Part shown: in pieces, positions 50,292 to 60,075 of the stretch
Layout of the letters: each line of letters opens with the position of its first letter
Position numbering within the stretch: the first letter of the stretch is position 1
Assembly: GCA_041393395.1 (NCBI GenBank)
Contig: JAWKKG010000002.1
Coordinates: 14,151 to 78,150 of the forward strand
Direction: 5' to 3'
DNA: 64,000 nt
Source: a bacterium
GTDB taxonomy: Bacteria > ARS69
The notes under the pieces: generated by a model
What the model was told of the DNA's origin: nothing
Database searches by the model: none
The model's input: the letters and a program-made list of their open reading frames with translations, nothing else
Made by a program: the position numbers and the translations under genes

Positions 50292-51023
50292 ATGACCCTT
50301 CGAAGAATTGGCCGGTGGGGCCATCGATTCCTCGGCCCGATCGCTGTCGGCGCGTTCGCGATGGGCACTCCGGCCCTCGGTCTGCAGGTACAGCGGATCC
50401 AGCCACGCCTCGACGACCCCTGGCGCGACGGTCCCCCGGTGACTCTGTCCTACTACAACCTGTGTACCGGTTGGGTCTGGCACTGGAACCACCTCGAGTT
50501 TCGGGAGGGGGAGGTGGTGGGGACGACGCTCGAGGTTCCCTCCGGCTACGATGCCCTCGTGGGACAGTGGACGTACTTGGCCTACGGACTCGCGGGGCGC
50601 GGGTTCTGTGTCTGCTCGGTGGCCTCGGTGGACGGCGGCGTGGCCGACTCATTGCTGGCGACCACCTACTTCGTGCCGGAAGCGGGCTGGAACTTCATCA
50701 ACTGGGACGTTCCCGTTTCGGGAGAGATCTCGGTCTGGGTCGAGGGGCCCTACATCGACTACTTGGGGGGAGTCGTCACCGAGAATCCGGGTTTCGGTCC
50801 TGATGGTTCCGGGCCTGCGTGTGGCACCTGCTACCCGATCGGGCGGCCAACGCGGTCGCGCTACTCGTTCGGCGGGTACCCGCCCCCACAGGGAGCGGAG
50901 TTTCAGGACGGAAGCGGCTGCAGCGCCGAGTTGATCTGGGACTTCGTGCTCGCGTCTCCGACGACGGACGTGCCCGGCGTCGAGTCCACGAGCTGGAGTC
51001 GATTGCGAACGATATTCCGCTAG
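50292..51023 (+). CDS. Hypothetical secreted Cys/Trp-containing protein
   Basis: Signal peptide 'MTLRRIGRWGHRFLGPIAVGAFAMGTPALG'. No family recognised. Coding-like GC3 pattern. Confidence 0.45.
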   Translation: MTLRRIGRWGHRFLGPIAVGAFAMGTPALGLQVQRIQPRLDDPWRDGPPVTLSYYNLCTGWVWHWNHLEFREGEVVGTTLEVPSGYDALVGQWTYLAYGLAGRGFCVCSVASVDGGVADSLLATTYFVPEAGWNFINWDVPVSGEISVWVEGPYIDYLGGVVTENPGFGPDGSGPACGTCYPIGRPTRSRYSFGGYPPPQGAEFQDGSGCSAELIWDFVLASPTTDVPGVESTSWSRLRTIFR

Positions 51024-51068
51024 CCGCCTTGTTCGCCGGCCCGGGGGCCCGCGCCGCCCCGAGCGCCC

Positions 51069-52391
51069 CTACCTCGCCTCCTCGAGCAGCTTCCGCACGC
51101 GCGCCATGCCCTCGCGGATCTCGTCCACGCTCACGGCGCCCACGGACACGCGCACCCAGCCGTCGCCCGCCGGACCCTCGAGCCCGAACGCTTCGAACGG
51201 CACGACGGCGAAGCCCGCGCCGAACAGCAGCGCCTGACGCAGATCCTCGTTCGAGCGGATCGTGCGTCCCGCCACCGTCTTGCCGGCGAGGTCGAACCGC
51301 ACCGAGAGGTAGATCGCGCCCTGCGGCTCCACGAAGTCCACCGGAAGCCCGGCCGCCTGCATCTCCACGAGCGACTCGTGGATGAGCCCGAGCCGCGCCT
51401 CGAGCGCCTCGATCATCCAGCGCCGGTGCGCGTGAACCGCGTCGCGGTCCCGCAGGAAGCGGGCGAGCGCGACCTGTTCCGGGCGAGGCGCCCACGCGCC
51501 GTAGTGCCCGGCGAGCTCCGCCATCTTCGCGATGAGCTTCGGCGCGGCCGCCGCCCAGCCGACACGGAGACCGGTGCCGCAGAAGCCCTTGCTCACCGCA
51601 TCGAGCAGCACGGTCCAGGGGGCGATCTCGGGCACCAGGCCGACCGGCGTGTGATGCTCGACGCGTCCGAACACCTGCGAGTGATAGACCTGATCGTACA
51701 CGAGCCACAGCGGCGCCTCGCCGGCCTTCGCACGCCGGACGTTCTCCTCCACGATCGCCTCGCAGATGCCCGTGAGCGGAGCGCGCTTGATGCACGTGCC
51801 CGTGGGGTTGAGTGGCGAGTTCAGACACAGGAGCCGCGCCTGCTTCAGGTACGGCGCGAGGTCGTCGCGATCGAGGTGGAAGTTCTTCTCGGGCGTCACC
51901 GGGAGCGGCACGCCGCGCCCGCCCGACATCCGGACGTAGTGGTGGTTGTTCCACGACGGCACCGGGTAGAGGACGAGGTCCCCCGGATCCACGAGTGCCA
52001 TGTACGCGGAATAGAGCAGGGGACGGGCCCCGCCGGCGACGAAGAACGACTCCAGCGGATAATCGAGCCCGAAATCCAGCCGCAGGTGATCGCGCAGTGC
52101 CGCGCGCAGATCCTGGACACCGGCGACCGGCGGGTAGTTGGTCTCCCCGGCCGCCAGCGCCTCCTCGATGAGACCGCGGTACCGGGCCGGGACCGGGAAC
52201 TGATCCGGACGGAAGTCTCCGACCGTCAGGTTCAGGACCCGGTCGCCGCGGGCGGCCATCTCGCGGATGTCGCCGGCGATACGCAGGATGCTCGATCCCT
52301 CGACCGCTTCCGCGTAGCGCGACAGGCGGCTCGCGGGCGCCTTCGCGAGAACCTCGGACAGTTCCGGGTGCAATCGCGTGCTCCCCTCCAT
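51069..52391 (-). CDS. PLP-dependent aminotransferase, class I/II (aspartate aminotransferase-like)
   Basis: 'ETNYPPVAGVQDLRAAL', 'LCLNSPLNPTG', PLP-Lys region 'LLDAVSKGFCGTGLRVGW'. Confidence 0.8.
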   Translation of the reverse strand: MEGSTRLHPELSEVLAKAPASRLSRYAEAVEGSSILRIAGDIREMAARGDRVLNLTVGDFRPDQFPVPARYRGLIEEALAAGETNYPPVAGVQDLRAALRDHLRLDFGLDYPLESFFVAGGARPLLYSAYMALVDPGDLVLYPVPSWNNHHYVRMSGGRGVPLPVTPEKNFHLDRDDLAPYLKQARLLCLNSPLNPTGTCIKRAPLTGICEAIVEENVRRAKAGEAPLWLVYDQVYHSQVFGRVEHHTPVGLVPEIAPWTVLLDAVSKGFCGTGLRVGWAAAAPKLIAKMAELAGHYGAWAPRPEQVALARFLRDRDAVHAHRRWMIEALEARLGLIHESLVEMQAAGLPVDFVEPQGAIYLSVRFDLAGKTVAGRTIRSNEDLRQALLFGAGFAVVPFEAFGLEGPAGDGWVRVSVGAVSVDEIREGMARVRKLLEEAR

Positions 52392-52408
52392 CGACTTCAC
52401 CTCCCCGT

Positions 52409-53014
52409 CTATTTGCGCGTCGGCGCGATACCCATCTTCTCGATCGTCACTCGACCCTCCGCGAGGCGGTAGACGTCGCCGGTCTTCTCGCAACTGGCCC
52501 GGCCGTCGGCGCCGAACGCGAGTCGCGTCCCGTAGCGCCCGACCCAGCCGAGCGGCTTCGCGGGGCTTCCGACGACGAGCGCGAAGTCCGGCACGTCGCG
52601 CGTGACCACGGCCCCCGCGCCGACCATCGCGTGGCGGCCGATCGTGACTCCGCACACGATCGTGGCGTTCGCCCCGATGGAAGCGCCCTCGCGGATCCGC
52701 GTGGACTTGAACTCCGTCTCGGGGTCCTTCTTGAACGCGGCCCGCGGCAGGAAGTCGTTCGTGAAGCAGGCGTCCGGTCCGAGGAACACGTAGTCCTCGC
52801 AGGTGACCTTGTCCCACACGGAGACGCCGTTCTTCACGGTGCAGAAGTTGCCGAGCACCGCGCCCGACTCCACGAACGAGCCCTCGCCGATGTTGCAGCC
52901 GCGCCCGACGACCGCCCCCTTCATCACGTGGGCATGGGCCCAGATGCGACTCCCGGCCCCGATCTGTTCGGACTCGCACATGCCTTTCGCGTGCACGAAG
53001 ACGTCTTCGCCCAC
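52409..53014 (-). CDS. Left-handed beta-helix (hexapeptide-repeat) acetyl/acyltransferase
   Basis: Hexapeptide repeats 'IGAGSRIWAHAHVMKGAVVGRGCNIGEGSFVESGAVLGNFCTVKNGVSVWDKVTCEDYVFLG'. GTG start preferred. Immediately upstream of the aminotransferase. Confidence 0.7.
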   Translation of the reverse strand: MGEDVFVHAKGMCESEQIGAGSRIWAHAHVMKGAVVGRGCNIGEGSFVESGAVLGNFCTVKNGVSVWDKVTCEDYVFLGPDACFTNDFLPRAAFKKDPETEFKSTRIREGASIGANATIVCGVTIGRHAMVGAGAVVTRDVPDFALVVGSPAKPLGWVGRYGTRLAFGADGRASCEKTGDVYRLAEGRVTIEKMGIAPTRK

Positions 53015-53253
53015 TCGGATCCCCTCCCGGGTGCAAAGTGACGGTCCAGGATACGGGGGGACTCCGGGGTCTGGCAACGTCGCCTCGGGAGGGGCTCCTC
53101 GGGTCCGCCGGGGCGGCTCCCGGGTCGACGGGTCCGGCGGCCCCTCCGGGAGAGGGCGTCCCTTTCCGCCGGGACGACCCTTTGGTACCCTCGAAAGCAC
53201 TCGGATCGAACCCGGAACCCGCCGAAACAGCGGAAAACCCACCCGGAGGACCT

Positions 53254-54471
53254 ATGTCGACGCAGATGACGGACCGCTACATCGATCTCGCGGAGCGGTA
53301 CTCGGCCCACAACTACCATCCGCTTCCCGTGGTGATCGAGCGGGCCCAGGGCGTTTGGGTGCACGATCCGGAAGGCCACAAGTACATGGACATGCTCGCC
53401 GCCTACTCCGCGGTGAACCAGGGGCATTGTCACCCGAAGATCCTCGCGGCGCTGAAGAAGCAGGCCGAGCGCGTGACGCTCACGTCGCGCGCGTTCCACA
53501 ACGACCAGTTCGGCCCGCTGTGCGAGCTCCTCCACGACATGACCGGCTACGACAAGGCGCTGCTCATGAACTCCGGCGCCGAGGCGGTGGAGACCGCGAT
53601 CAAGATGGCGCGCAAGTGGGGCTACCAGAAGAAGGGCGTGGCTGCGGATCGCGCCGAGATCGTGGTCTGCGCGGGCAACTTCCACGGCCGCACCACCACG
53701 ATCGTGGGCTTCTCGTCCGACGAGCAGTACCAGGAAGGATTCGGCCCGTTCACGCCGGGCTTCAAGATCATCAAGTACGGCGATCCCGCCGCGCTCGAGG
53801 CCGCGATCACGCCGAACACGGTGGCGTTCCTCGTGGAGCCGATCCAGGGCGAGGCCGGCATCATCATCCCGCCGGACGGTTACCTGAAGCGCTGCGAGGA
53901 GATCTGCCGCAAGAACAACGTGCTGCTGATCTGCGACGAGATCCAGAGCGGTCTCGGCCGTACCGGCAAGCTCTTCGCCTACGAGTGGGAGGGAGTTCGA
54001 CCGGATGCGCTCATCGTGGGCAAGGCGCTCTCCGGCGGTTTCTATCCGGTGTCCGGCGTCCTCGCGAACGACGACGCGATGCTCGTGTTCCACCCGGGCG
54101 ACCACGGCTCGACGTTCGGCGGCAACCCGCTCGGCTGCGCCGTCGCGAAGGCGGCGCTCGAGGTGATCCGCGACGAGAAGCTCGTGGAGAACTCGCAGGC
54201 GCGCGGCGAGCAGCTCGCGTCGGCGCTGCGCGCGCTTCCGCAGGACAACGTGCGCGAGATCCGCGCTCGCGGCCTGTGGATCGGGATCGAGATCAAGCGG
54301 GAGTGCGGTTCCGCGCGTCCGTACTGCGAGGACCTGATGTCCAAGGGCATCCTCGCGAAGGAGACGCACGAGCAGGTCGTGCGTATCGCGCCGCCGCTCG
54401 TGATCACCAAGGAAGAGGTGGACTGGGCGGTGGAGCGCATCGCGCAGGCGCTGGCCGTGAATCACGGCTAG
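53254..54471 (+). CDS. rocD: Ornithine aminotransferase (ornithine--oxo-acid transaminase)
   Basis: 'NYHPLPVVIERAQGVWVHDPEGHKYMDMLAAYSAVNQGHCHP', 'LLICDEIQSGLGRTGK' PLP-Lys motif. Confidence 0.85.
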   Translation: MSTQMTDRYIDLAERYSAHNYHPLPVVIERAQGVWVHDPEGHKYMDMLAAYSAVNQGHCHPKILAALKKQAERVTLTSRAFHNDQFGPLCELLHDMTGYDKALLMNSGAEAVETAIKMARKWGYQKKGVAADRAEIVVCAGNFHGRTTTIVGFSSDEQYQEGFGPFTPGFKIIKYGDPAALEAAITPNTVAFLVEPIQGEAGIIIPPDGYLKRCEEICRKNNVLLICDEIQSGLGRTGKLFAYEWEGVRPDALIVGKALSGGFYPVSGVLANDDAMLVFHPGDHGSTFGGNPLGCAVAKAALEVIRDEKLVENSQARGEQLASALRALPQDNVREIRARGLWIGIEIKRECGSARPYCEDLMSKGILAKETHEQVVRIAPPLVITKEEVDWAVERIAQALAVNHG

Positions 54472-54652
54472 GGACAAGGGACAGTCCGCATGAACCGAGC
54501 GGGCCGGCTCCGGGAGGAGCCGGCCCGTGTTCGTTTTCGGGCATGTCGTCGCTCGGGCGGTCGGCGATATCGAGTTGCAGGCGGGATGTCCGCGGGTCTA
54601 CGCTCGCAATACACCTCCCCGGATCCAAGTCCCCGAGCCCCGAGGTGATGCC

Positions 54653-55369
54653 GTGAAGAACCCGGCTTCCCGAATACTCGCCGCTGTCGGCCTGGTGTTT
54701 CTCTGCGCCGCGCTCGCCGATGCGAGCACGATCTTCGTCTCGCAGGATCGCTCCACGTCGGTGTCGGGCGAGATCCACAACGCGAACACGGGACAGACCA
54801 CGAGCGACCAGATGTCGGAGTCCGCACCGGACGTTTCGCCGTTCCTGAGCAACGTCAGTGTAGGCGTCGGCGGCGACGCCTCGCTCGCGTTCGTCCGGGC
54901 GATTCAGAACTCCTTCCTCGAACCGGACTCGATCTCGACCGACGGCAGCTCGTTTGCTCTCCTGCTCGTTCCGACCGACTCCACGGCCGTCACGTCCTAC
55001 GGAGTCGCGATGTCGAACTTCGACGTGACGTTCGAGCTCACCGGCACGGCAGCTTTCACCCTGACGGGTCAGCTGCAGTGCGTCTTCGCCGGGGAAGCCG
55101 CGGCGACACTCACCGGACCGGCGGGCGTCGTCTATGACGTTACAGCCACGACGGAGACGGTGCTCGTCGATGTGGCGGGCACGCTCATCCCGGGACAGTA
55201 CCGCCTCGAGGTCCACGCCCTCGTGGAAGGGACCGTCCCCTTGGATGCCCCGAATGGGGCGTTTCAGGCGCTCTACGAAATCGTTCTCGCGCTCCAGCCG
55301 ACGGTATCGGTGCAGCCGGCGAGCTGGGCGGGGGTCAAGAGCGCCTATCGCTCCGGTCCGGATCGCTGA
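54653..55369 (+). CDS. Secreted hypothetical protein, tandem paralogue A
   Basis: GTG start gives signal 'VKNPASRILAAVGLVFLCAALADAS'. Clear homology along the mature length to the next gene: SQDRSTSV.GE..NAN.GQT, ESAPD, FDV.FELTG.AAF, PGQY.L..H, PTVS..PASW..VK.AY. Confidence 0.55.
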   Translation: MKNPASRILAAVGLVFLCAALADASTIFVSQDRSTSVSGEIHNANTGQTTSDQMSESAPDVSPFLSNVSVGVGGDASLAFVRAIQNSFLEPDSISTDGSSFALLLVPTDSTAVTSYGVAMSNFDVTFELTGTAAFTLTGQLQCVFAGEAAATLTGPAGVVYDVTATTETVLVDVAGTLIPGQYRLEVHALVEGTVPLDAPNGAFQALYEIVLALQPTVSVQPASWAGVKSAYRSGPDR

Positions 55370-55434
55370 CCGATGGGTCTCGCGAAGGCCCGTGTTCGTT
55401 CCGGGCAACCCAAGCGTGCGCGGAAGGAGAAGTC

Positions 55435-56142
55435 ATGAAACGATTCATCGCAGCCGGCGTCGCCATCGTCGCGCTGCTCGGAACGGTGGGCAGCCCTCGT
55501 GCGAACACGATCATCATCTCGCAGGACCGCTCGACGTCGGTGTACGGCGAGGTGTTCAACGCGAACTCGGGACAGACCTGGACGATGCAGGACGCCGAGT
55601 CGGCGCCCGACCAGGGACTGTTCGACAGCTCACTGAGTGTGGGACCCCAGGGTGACGGGGCTCTGGCGATGGCTCAGGCATTTCAGACGTCGAGCCTCGC
55701 CGTGGACAGCCTCTCCGCCATCGGGTCGACGTTTCTTCTGCTCGCGACCCAGCCGGATTCCTCGGCTGTGGCGGTCTCGGGAAGCGCGACCGCGACCTTC
55801 GATGTCGTGTTCGAGCTGACGGGAGCGGCGGCGTTCGCGCTGGCCGGCCACGTGTCGGCGGGGTTGTCGAGCACCACCGACCTCACGCTCAATGGCCCCG
55901 GTGGGCTCGTGTACGAGGCGCATCCGCACCAGGAGAACGTGTTCTTCGACGAAGCCGGGGTCCTCGGTCCGGGTCAGTACCAGTTGCAGCTCCACGTCGT
56001 GAGCGAAGGGAGCACGCAAGGAGTCACGCTGATCTTCGGGGCGGGATACGACCTGCTGCTCACGCTCGAGCCGACGGTCTCGCTGGAGCCCGCGAGCTGG
56101 TCCTCCGTGAAGGGCGCCTACCACGACGGGGCCGTTCGCTGA
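55435..56142 (+). CDS. Secreted hypothetical protein, tandem paralogue B
   Basis: Signal 'MKRFIAAGVAIVALLGTVGSPRA'. ~45% identical to paralogue A over ~210 aa. Confidence 0.6.
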   Translation: MKRFIAAGVAIVALLGTVGSPRANTIIISQDRSTSVYGEVFNANSGQTWTMQDAESAPDQGLFDSSLSVGPQGDGALAMAQAFQTSSLAVDSLSAIGSTFLLLATQPDSSAVAVSGSATATFDVVFELTGAAAFALAGHVSAGLSSTTDLTLNGPGGLVYEAHPHQENVFFDEAGVLGPGQYQLQLHVVSEGSTQGVTLIFGAGYDLLLTLEPTVSLEPASWSSVKGAYHDGAVR

Positions 56143-56161
56143 CCGGAGGCAGCATCGCTCG

Positions 56162-57076
56162 CTAGGGTCGCGATTCGGTTCGGGGCGCTGCGGCCAGCGG
56201 CGCCCCCGCCGGGTCCGCCGCCCCCGCGGATCCCACCTCCGACAGCGCCATCCCGGCGAGAATGATCGCGCCGCCGACCCACGCGGTGGGCGGCAACGAC
56301 TCCCGGAACACGAGCCACGCGAAGAACGACGCGAACACCGGCTCCGTCGCGAAGATGAGCCCCGCGCGCGTGGGATCGATGGCTGGCTGGAACCGGAGCT
56401 GCAGCCAGGTGGTGGCGACCGTGCCGAGCAGCGCGGTGACGAGCAGCGCCACGACGAGCGGAGCGGTCAGCCGGAAGTGCGGCTCCTCCAGCAGCGGGGC
56501 GCCCCCGAGCGCGAGACCGGATGTCACGACGAGCTGGGACACGAGCAGTCCGCCGGCGTGGAAACGATCGCCCACGCGCCCCACGAGCACGACGTGCAGC
56601 GCGAACAGCACCGCGCACGCCACGGTCCAGCTGTCGCCCGCGGTCCAGCCGCCGGCCGCCGGGGCGGTGAGCAGCCACATCCCCGGCAGGGCCACCACCA
56701 GTCCCAGAACGGAGAGCGGGCGTGGCTTCCTCCCGAGGACGAGTGCCGCCCACAGCGGCACGATCGCCACGTTCAGTCCGGTGAGGAACGCGGAGCGGGA
56801 GGGGCTGGTCGTGGTGAGGCCGATCGTCTGGGCGGCGAACCCGAGCGCGTACACGATCCCGAGCGGGATCCCGGCCCGGAGCGCGGCCCGGGTGCCCCGA
56901 CCGCGCCGGAGGAACGGCAGCGCGGCCACGGAGGCGATCACGAAGCGGGCGCCCAGAAACAGCAGCGGGGAGCTGTCCGCGAGGCCGGTCTTCACGGCTG
57001 CGAACGTGGTTCCCCAGAGGATCGCCACGCCCAGCAGCGCCAGGGGAGCCCAGGGATTCCGACGCGACCCGACCAT
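56162..57076 (-). CDS. EamA/DMT-family transporter (10 TM, duplicated EamA domains)
   Basis: 'LLGVAILWGTTFAAVKTGL' ... second EamA repeat 'LIFATEPVFASFFAWLVFRESL'. The internal Met of ORF 56162..57310 was chosen as start. Confidence 0.75.
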   Translation of the reverse strand: MVGSRRNPWAPLALLGVAILWGTTFAAVKTGLADSSPLLFLGARFVIASVAALPFLRRGRGTRAALRAGIPLGIVYALGFAAQTIGLTTTSPSRSAFLTGLNVAIVPLWAALVLGRKPRPLSVLGLVVALPGMWLLTAPAAGGWTAGDSWTVACAVLFALHVVLVGRVGDRFHAGGLLVSQLVVTSGLALGGAPLLEEPHFRLTAPLVVALLVTALLGTVATTWLQLRFQPAIDPTRAGLIFATEPVFASFFAWLVFRESLPPTAWVGGAIILAGMALSEVGSAGAADPAGAPLAAAPRTESRP

Positions 57077-57170
57077 CGTGGTATAGTAGCGGCCCGTACC
57101 ACGCACCGGCTTCCCCAAAGTGAACCGGCCTCCGTCCGGGGCCGTACCCAACCCGATTCGAGGTCCACCG

Positions 57171-59597
57171 ATGCGACCAGTCCGGTCCCGCTGCTTGATT
57201 CCGTCTTGCCTGGGGCTGCTGGCCCTGGCTTCCTCGGCGTCGGCGCAGTCCGCCGTCCCCCCGTACAACGTGACCCTGCTCGCGAATCTCGACGAACACA
57301 CGGGCGTCAACGACTGCTGGGGCTATTCCGCGCCGGGCGTGGAGATCGCGATCTACGGGCACCAGAGCGGGACGGCGTTCGTCGACGCGACCGACCCCGA
57401 GAACGCCGCCGAGTACTGGAGTCTCGCCGGCCCGACCTCGATCTGGCGGGACATCAAGACGTACCAGCACTACGCCTACATCGTCACCGAGGGGACGGGG
57501 TTCGGCACCGGGCTCCAGATCGTGGATCTCGCGAACCCGCTAAGCCCGGTCCACGTCCGCACCTACACGGACGGGTCATTCTCCTCCGCGCACAACATCT
57601 GGATCGACGAAGCTGCCGGCATCGCCTACGCGTGCGGCGCGGCGCCGGGCGGCGGCATGCACGTGCTCTCGCTCGCGGATCCGGAGAACCCCGTGGAGCT
57701 GGACTTCTTCGACTCGTACTACATCCACGACCTGTTCGTCGGAGGCGGGCGAGGATACGCCGGCGCGATCAACTCGGGTTCGCTGCGGATCATGAACACC
57801 ACGAACCCCGCGAACATCACCACGCTCGCGAGCCACTTCTACAACGGCGCGAACACGCACAACGCGTGGCCGAACGTGGCCGGTACGCACGTCTGCACGT
57901 CGGACGAGGTGGGCGGCGGCCACTTCAAGATGTGGGACATCACGAACCTGTCCTCCATCTCGCTGACCTCGGAGTGGCGTCCGCCGGATCATCCGATCAG
58001 CATCATCCACAACATCCTGAACAAGAACGACCTCGCGTACATCTCCTGGTACGCGGCCGGAGCGCGCATCCTCGACGTCACGGATCCGTACGAGCCGGTC
58101 GAGGTCGGCTTCTACGACACGAGCAACCGCGAGGGCGGCGGCTTCGAGGGCTGCTGGGGCGTGTACCCGTTCCGGGGCGACGACGTCTTCTACGCGTCGG
58201 ATCGGCAGAACGGCCTGTTCATCCTCCGCTTCGACGGCGACTTCGCCGGCGAGATCCAGGGCACGGTGCGCAATCTCGCCACCAGCGCGCCGCTGGATTC
58301 CGCGCACGTGCGCATCCTCGGCACGGAGTTCGACTACCCCACGGACGGTGCGGGGACCTACTCCGGACTCATCTCCGGCGGCTCCTACCAGGTGGTCACG
58401 ACGCGGTTCGGCTACCAGCCCGACACGGCGAACGTGGTCATCCCGCCGAACGGCGTGCTCGTGCACGACGTGGACCTGCAGGCGATCCCGAACGGGACGG
58501 TGGAGATCACGCTGCTCTCCGCGCGGGACGGGCAGCCGATCGTGGGCGCACGCGGCTTCGTCTTCGACTCGCCGATCGTCGATCTGGAGACCGACGCGAA
58601 CGGTCAGGTGACGATCCCGGGCCTCCCGGCCGGCATTCCCTGGACGGCGCGCTTCGGCAAGTTCGGTTTCGAGCTCACCGACGTGCAGGTCGTGCCGGCG
58701 GTCGGCACGACGACTCCGGTGAGCGCGAACGCGAACCCCGGTTTCTTCGACGACTTCCAGGCCGATCAGGCCTGGGTCAGCGGCGCCCCCGGCGACGACG
58801 CCACCGACGGGCTGTGGGAACGGGCGATTCCGTTCGGCAGCTACTGGCTCGGACCGGTCGGCCCGGACGTGGACGCGTCCGGCCTCGACACCGGCTACGC
58901 CTGGGTCACCGAGAATCACACGCCCTCGTTCGTCGGCACGTCGGACGTGGACAACGGCCGCACGACGCTGCTCTCGCCGGTGTTCGACGCGAGCGGCTTC
59001 GGAACGGTGGGGCTCCGGTACCAGCGCTGGTTCTCGAACCGCGCGCCGTCCCAGAGCGACGACGAGTTCCGGACCGACGTCAGCACGGACGGCGGCTCCA
59101 CCTGGACGAACCTCGAGACGCTCTCGTTCGGGACGGACTCCTGGGCGGAGGTCACGATCGACCTGAGCTCGGTGGTCACCCCGACGGCCACGATGCAGCT
59201 GCGTTTCGTGGCCGAGGACCTCGGAGCCGATCAGTACGTCGAGGCGGGCGTCGACGAGGTCGCCCTGCTCTTCGGCGCCACCGACGCACCGGGGGAGATC
59301 GCCGCGGGCTCGCTCTCGTCGCTGTCGCTTTCGGCTCCCGTGCCGAATCCGGCCCGGGATCGGCAGGAGATCCGATTCGACGTCCCGGCCGCGGGGCCGG
59401 CGATGCTCGCCGTCTACGACGTCGGCGGCCGCCGGGTGGCCACTCTCCTCGGCGGCAGCCGGGTGGCGGCCGGCCGGCAGTCCGTGACCTGGTCCGGCCG
59501 GGACGACGCGGGACGGGAGGTCGCGCCGGGCGTGTACTTCGCGAAGCTGGAGGCGGCGGGGGAGGTCCGGACCCGGAAGATCACCCGGATCCGCTGA
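57171..59597 (+). CDS. Secreted LVIVD-repeat beta-propeller ('choice-of-anchor B'-like) protein with CarboxypepD_reg-like domains and T9SS-type/FlgD-Ig-like C-terminal sorting domain (808 aa)
   Basis: Signal 'MRPVRSRCLIPSCLGLLALASSASAQS'. LVIVD-like blades (IVDLANPL, HVLSLADPE, ILDVTDPY). 'GTVRNLATSAPLDSAHVRILG' and 'GTVEITLLSARDGQPIVGARG' regulatory-like beta-sandwich domains. C-terminal CTD 'PNPARDRQEIRFDV...LAVYDVGGRRVATL...WSGRDDAGREVAPGVYFAKLEAAGEVRTRKITRIR'. Confidence 0.75.
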   Translation: MRPVRSRCLIPSCLGLLALASSASAQSAVPPYNVTLLANLDEHTGVNDCWGYSAPGVEIAIYGHQSGTAFVDATDPENAAEYWSLAGPTSIWRDIKTYQHYAYIVTEGTGFGTGLQIVDLANPLSPVHVRTYTDGSFSSAHNIWIDEAAGIAYACGAAPGGGMHVLSLADPENPVELDFFDSYYIHDLFVGGGRGYAGAINSGSLRIMNTTNPANITTLASHFYNGANTHNAWPNVAGTHVCTSDEVGGGHFKMWDITNLSSISLTSEWRPPDHPISIIHNILNKNDLAYISWYAAGARILDVTDPYEPVEVGFYDTSNREGGGFEGCWGVYPFRGDDVFYASDRQNGLFILRFDGDFAGEIQGTVRNLATSAPLDSAHVRILGTEFDYPTDGAGTYSGLISGGSYQVVTTRFGYQPDTANVVIPPNGVLVHDVDLQAIPNGTVEITLLSARDGQPIVGARGFVFDSPIVDLETDANGQVTIPGLPAGIPWTARFGKFGFELTDVQVVPAVGTTTPVSANANPGFFDDFQADQAWVSGAPGDDATDGLWERAIPFGSYWLGPVGPDVDASGLDTGYAWVTENHTPSFVGTSDVDNGRTTLLSPVFDASGFGTVGLRYQRWFSNRAPSQSDDEFRTDVSTDGGSTWTNLETLSFGTDSWAEVTIDLSSVVTPTATMQLRFVAEDLGADQYVEAGVDEVALLFGATDAPGEIAAGSLSSLSLSAPVPNPARDRQEIRFDVPAAGPAMLAVYDVGGRRVATLLGGSRVAAGRQSVTWSGRDDAGREVAPGVYFAKLEAAGEVRTRKITRIR

Positions 59598-59623
59598 TCC
59601 GGCGACCGTGCGCTCGAGAGAAC

Positions 59624-59659
59624 GGGCCGGCCCCCGCGAGGAGCCGGCCCGTTTCCGTT
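59624..59659 (+). terminator. Hairpin terminator after the LVIVD/CTD gene (convergent intergenic region)
   Basis: gggccggc-N11-gccggccc followed by gtttccgtt. A second palindrome ccgtaccgggcggtacgg lies at 59661-59678. Confidence 0.45.
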
Positions 59660-59692
59660 CCGTACCGGGCGGTACGGAATCGTGCGACGTCG

Positions 59693-60055
59693 TCAGGAAT
59701 TCGACGGGACCGGGATCGGCTCCCGCGGCCCCTTCTCTCCGCGCGTGAAGTGCTCCACCGTGTCCTCGCCGAGCCGCCAGGACCACTGCACTTCCTTGCC
59801 GTTCAGGAGGCCGGGGAAGTCCACGAGCCCGCGCTCGAAGTCCCGGAGATGGCAGCCGATCTCGTTCAGTTCCTGGATGAACTCCGCGAGCTCGCGCATG
59901 ATGCGATCGTGCTCGGGGGAGGAGTTGCCGTACTCCTCGCGGACCTTCACGAGGTCCTGCCAGCGCTCGGCCACGTCACCGACGATCGAGCGCACGAGCG
60001 GAAGCGCGCGATTCGCTTCCTCGACCGAAAAGATCACCTTGTTCTTCGTCGCCAT
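59693..60055 (-). CDS. Small conserved hypothetical protein (120 aa) downstream of korB
   Basis: 'MATKNKVIFSVEEANRALPLVRSIVGDV...' C-terminal part of ORF 59693..61054 after the korB stop. Coding-like composition. Confidence 0.45.
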   Translation of the reverse strand: MATKNKVIFSVEEANRALPLVRSIVGDVAERWQDLVKVREEYGNSSPEHDRIMRELAEFIQELNEIGCHLRDFERGLVDFPGLLNGKEVQWSWRLGEDTVEHFTRGEKGPREPIPVPSNS

Positions 60056-60075
60056 CGCACCCCTCCGCACACAGG

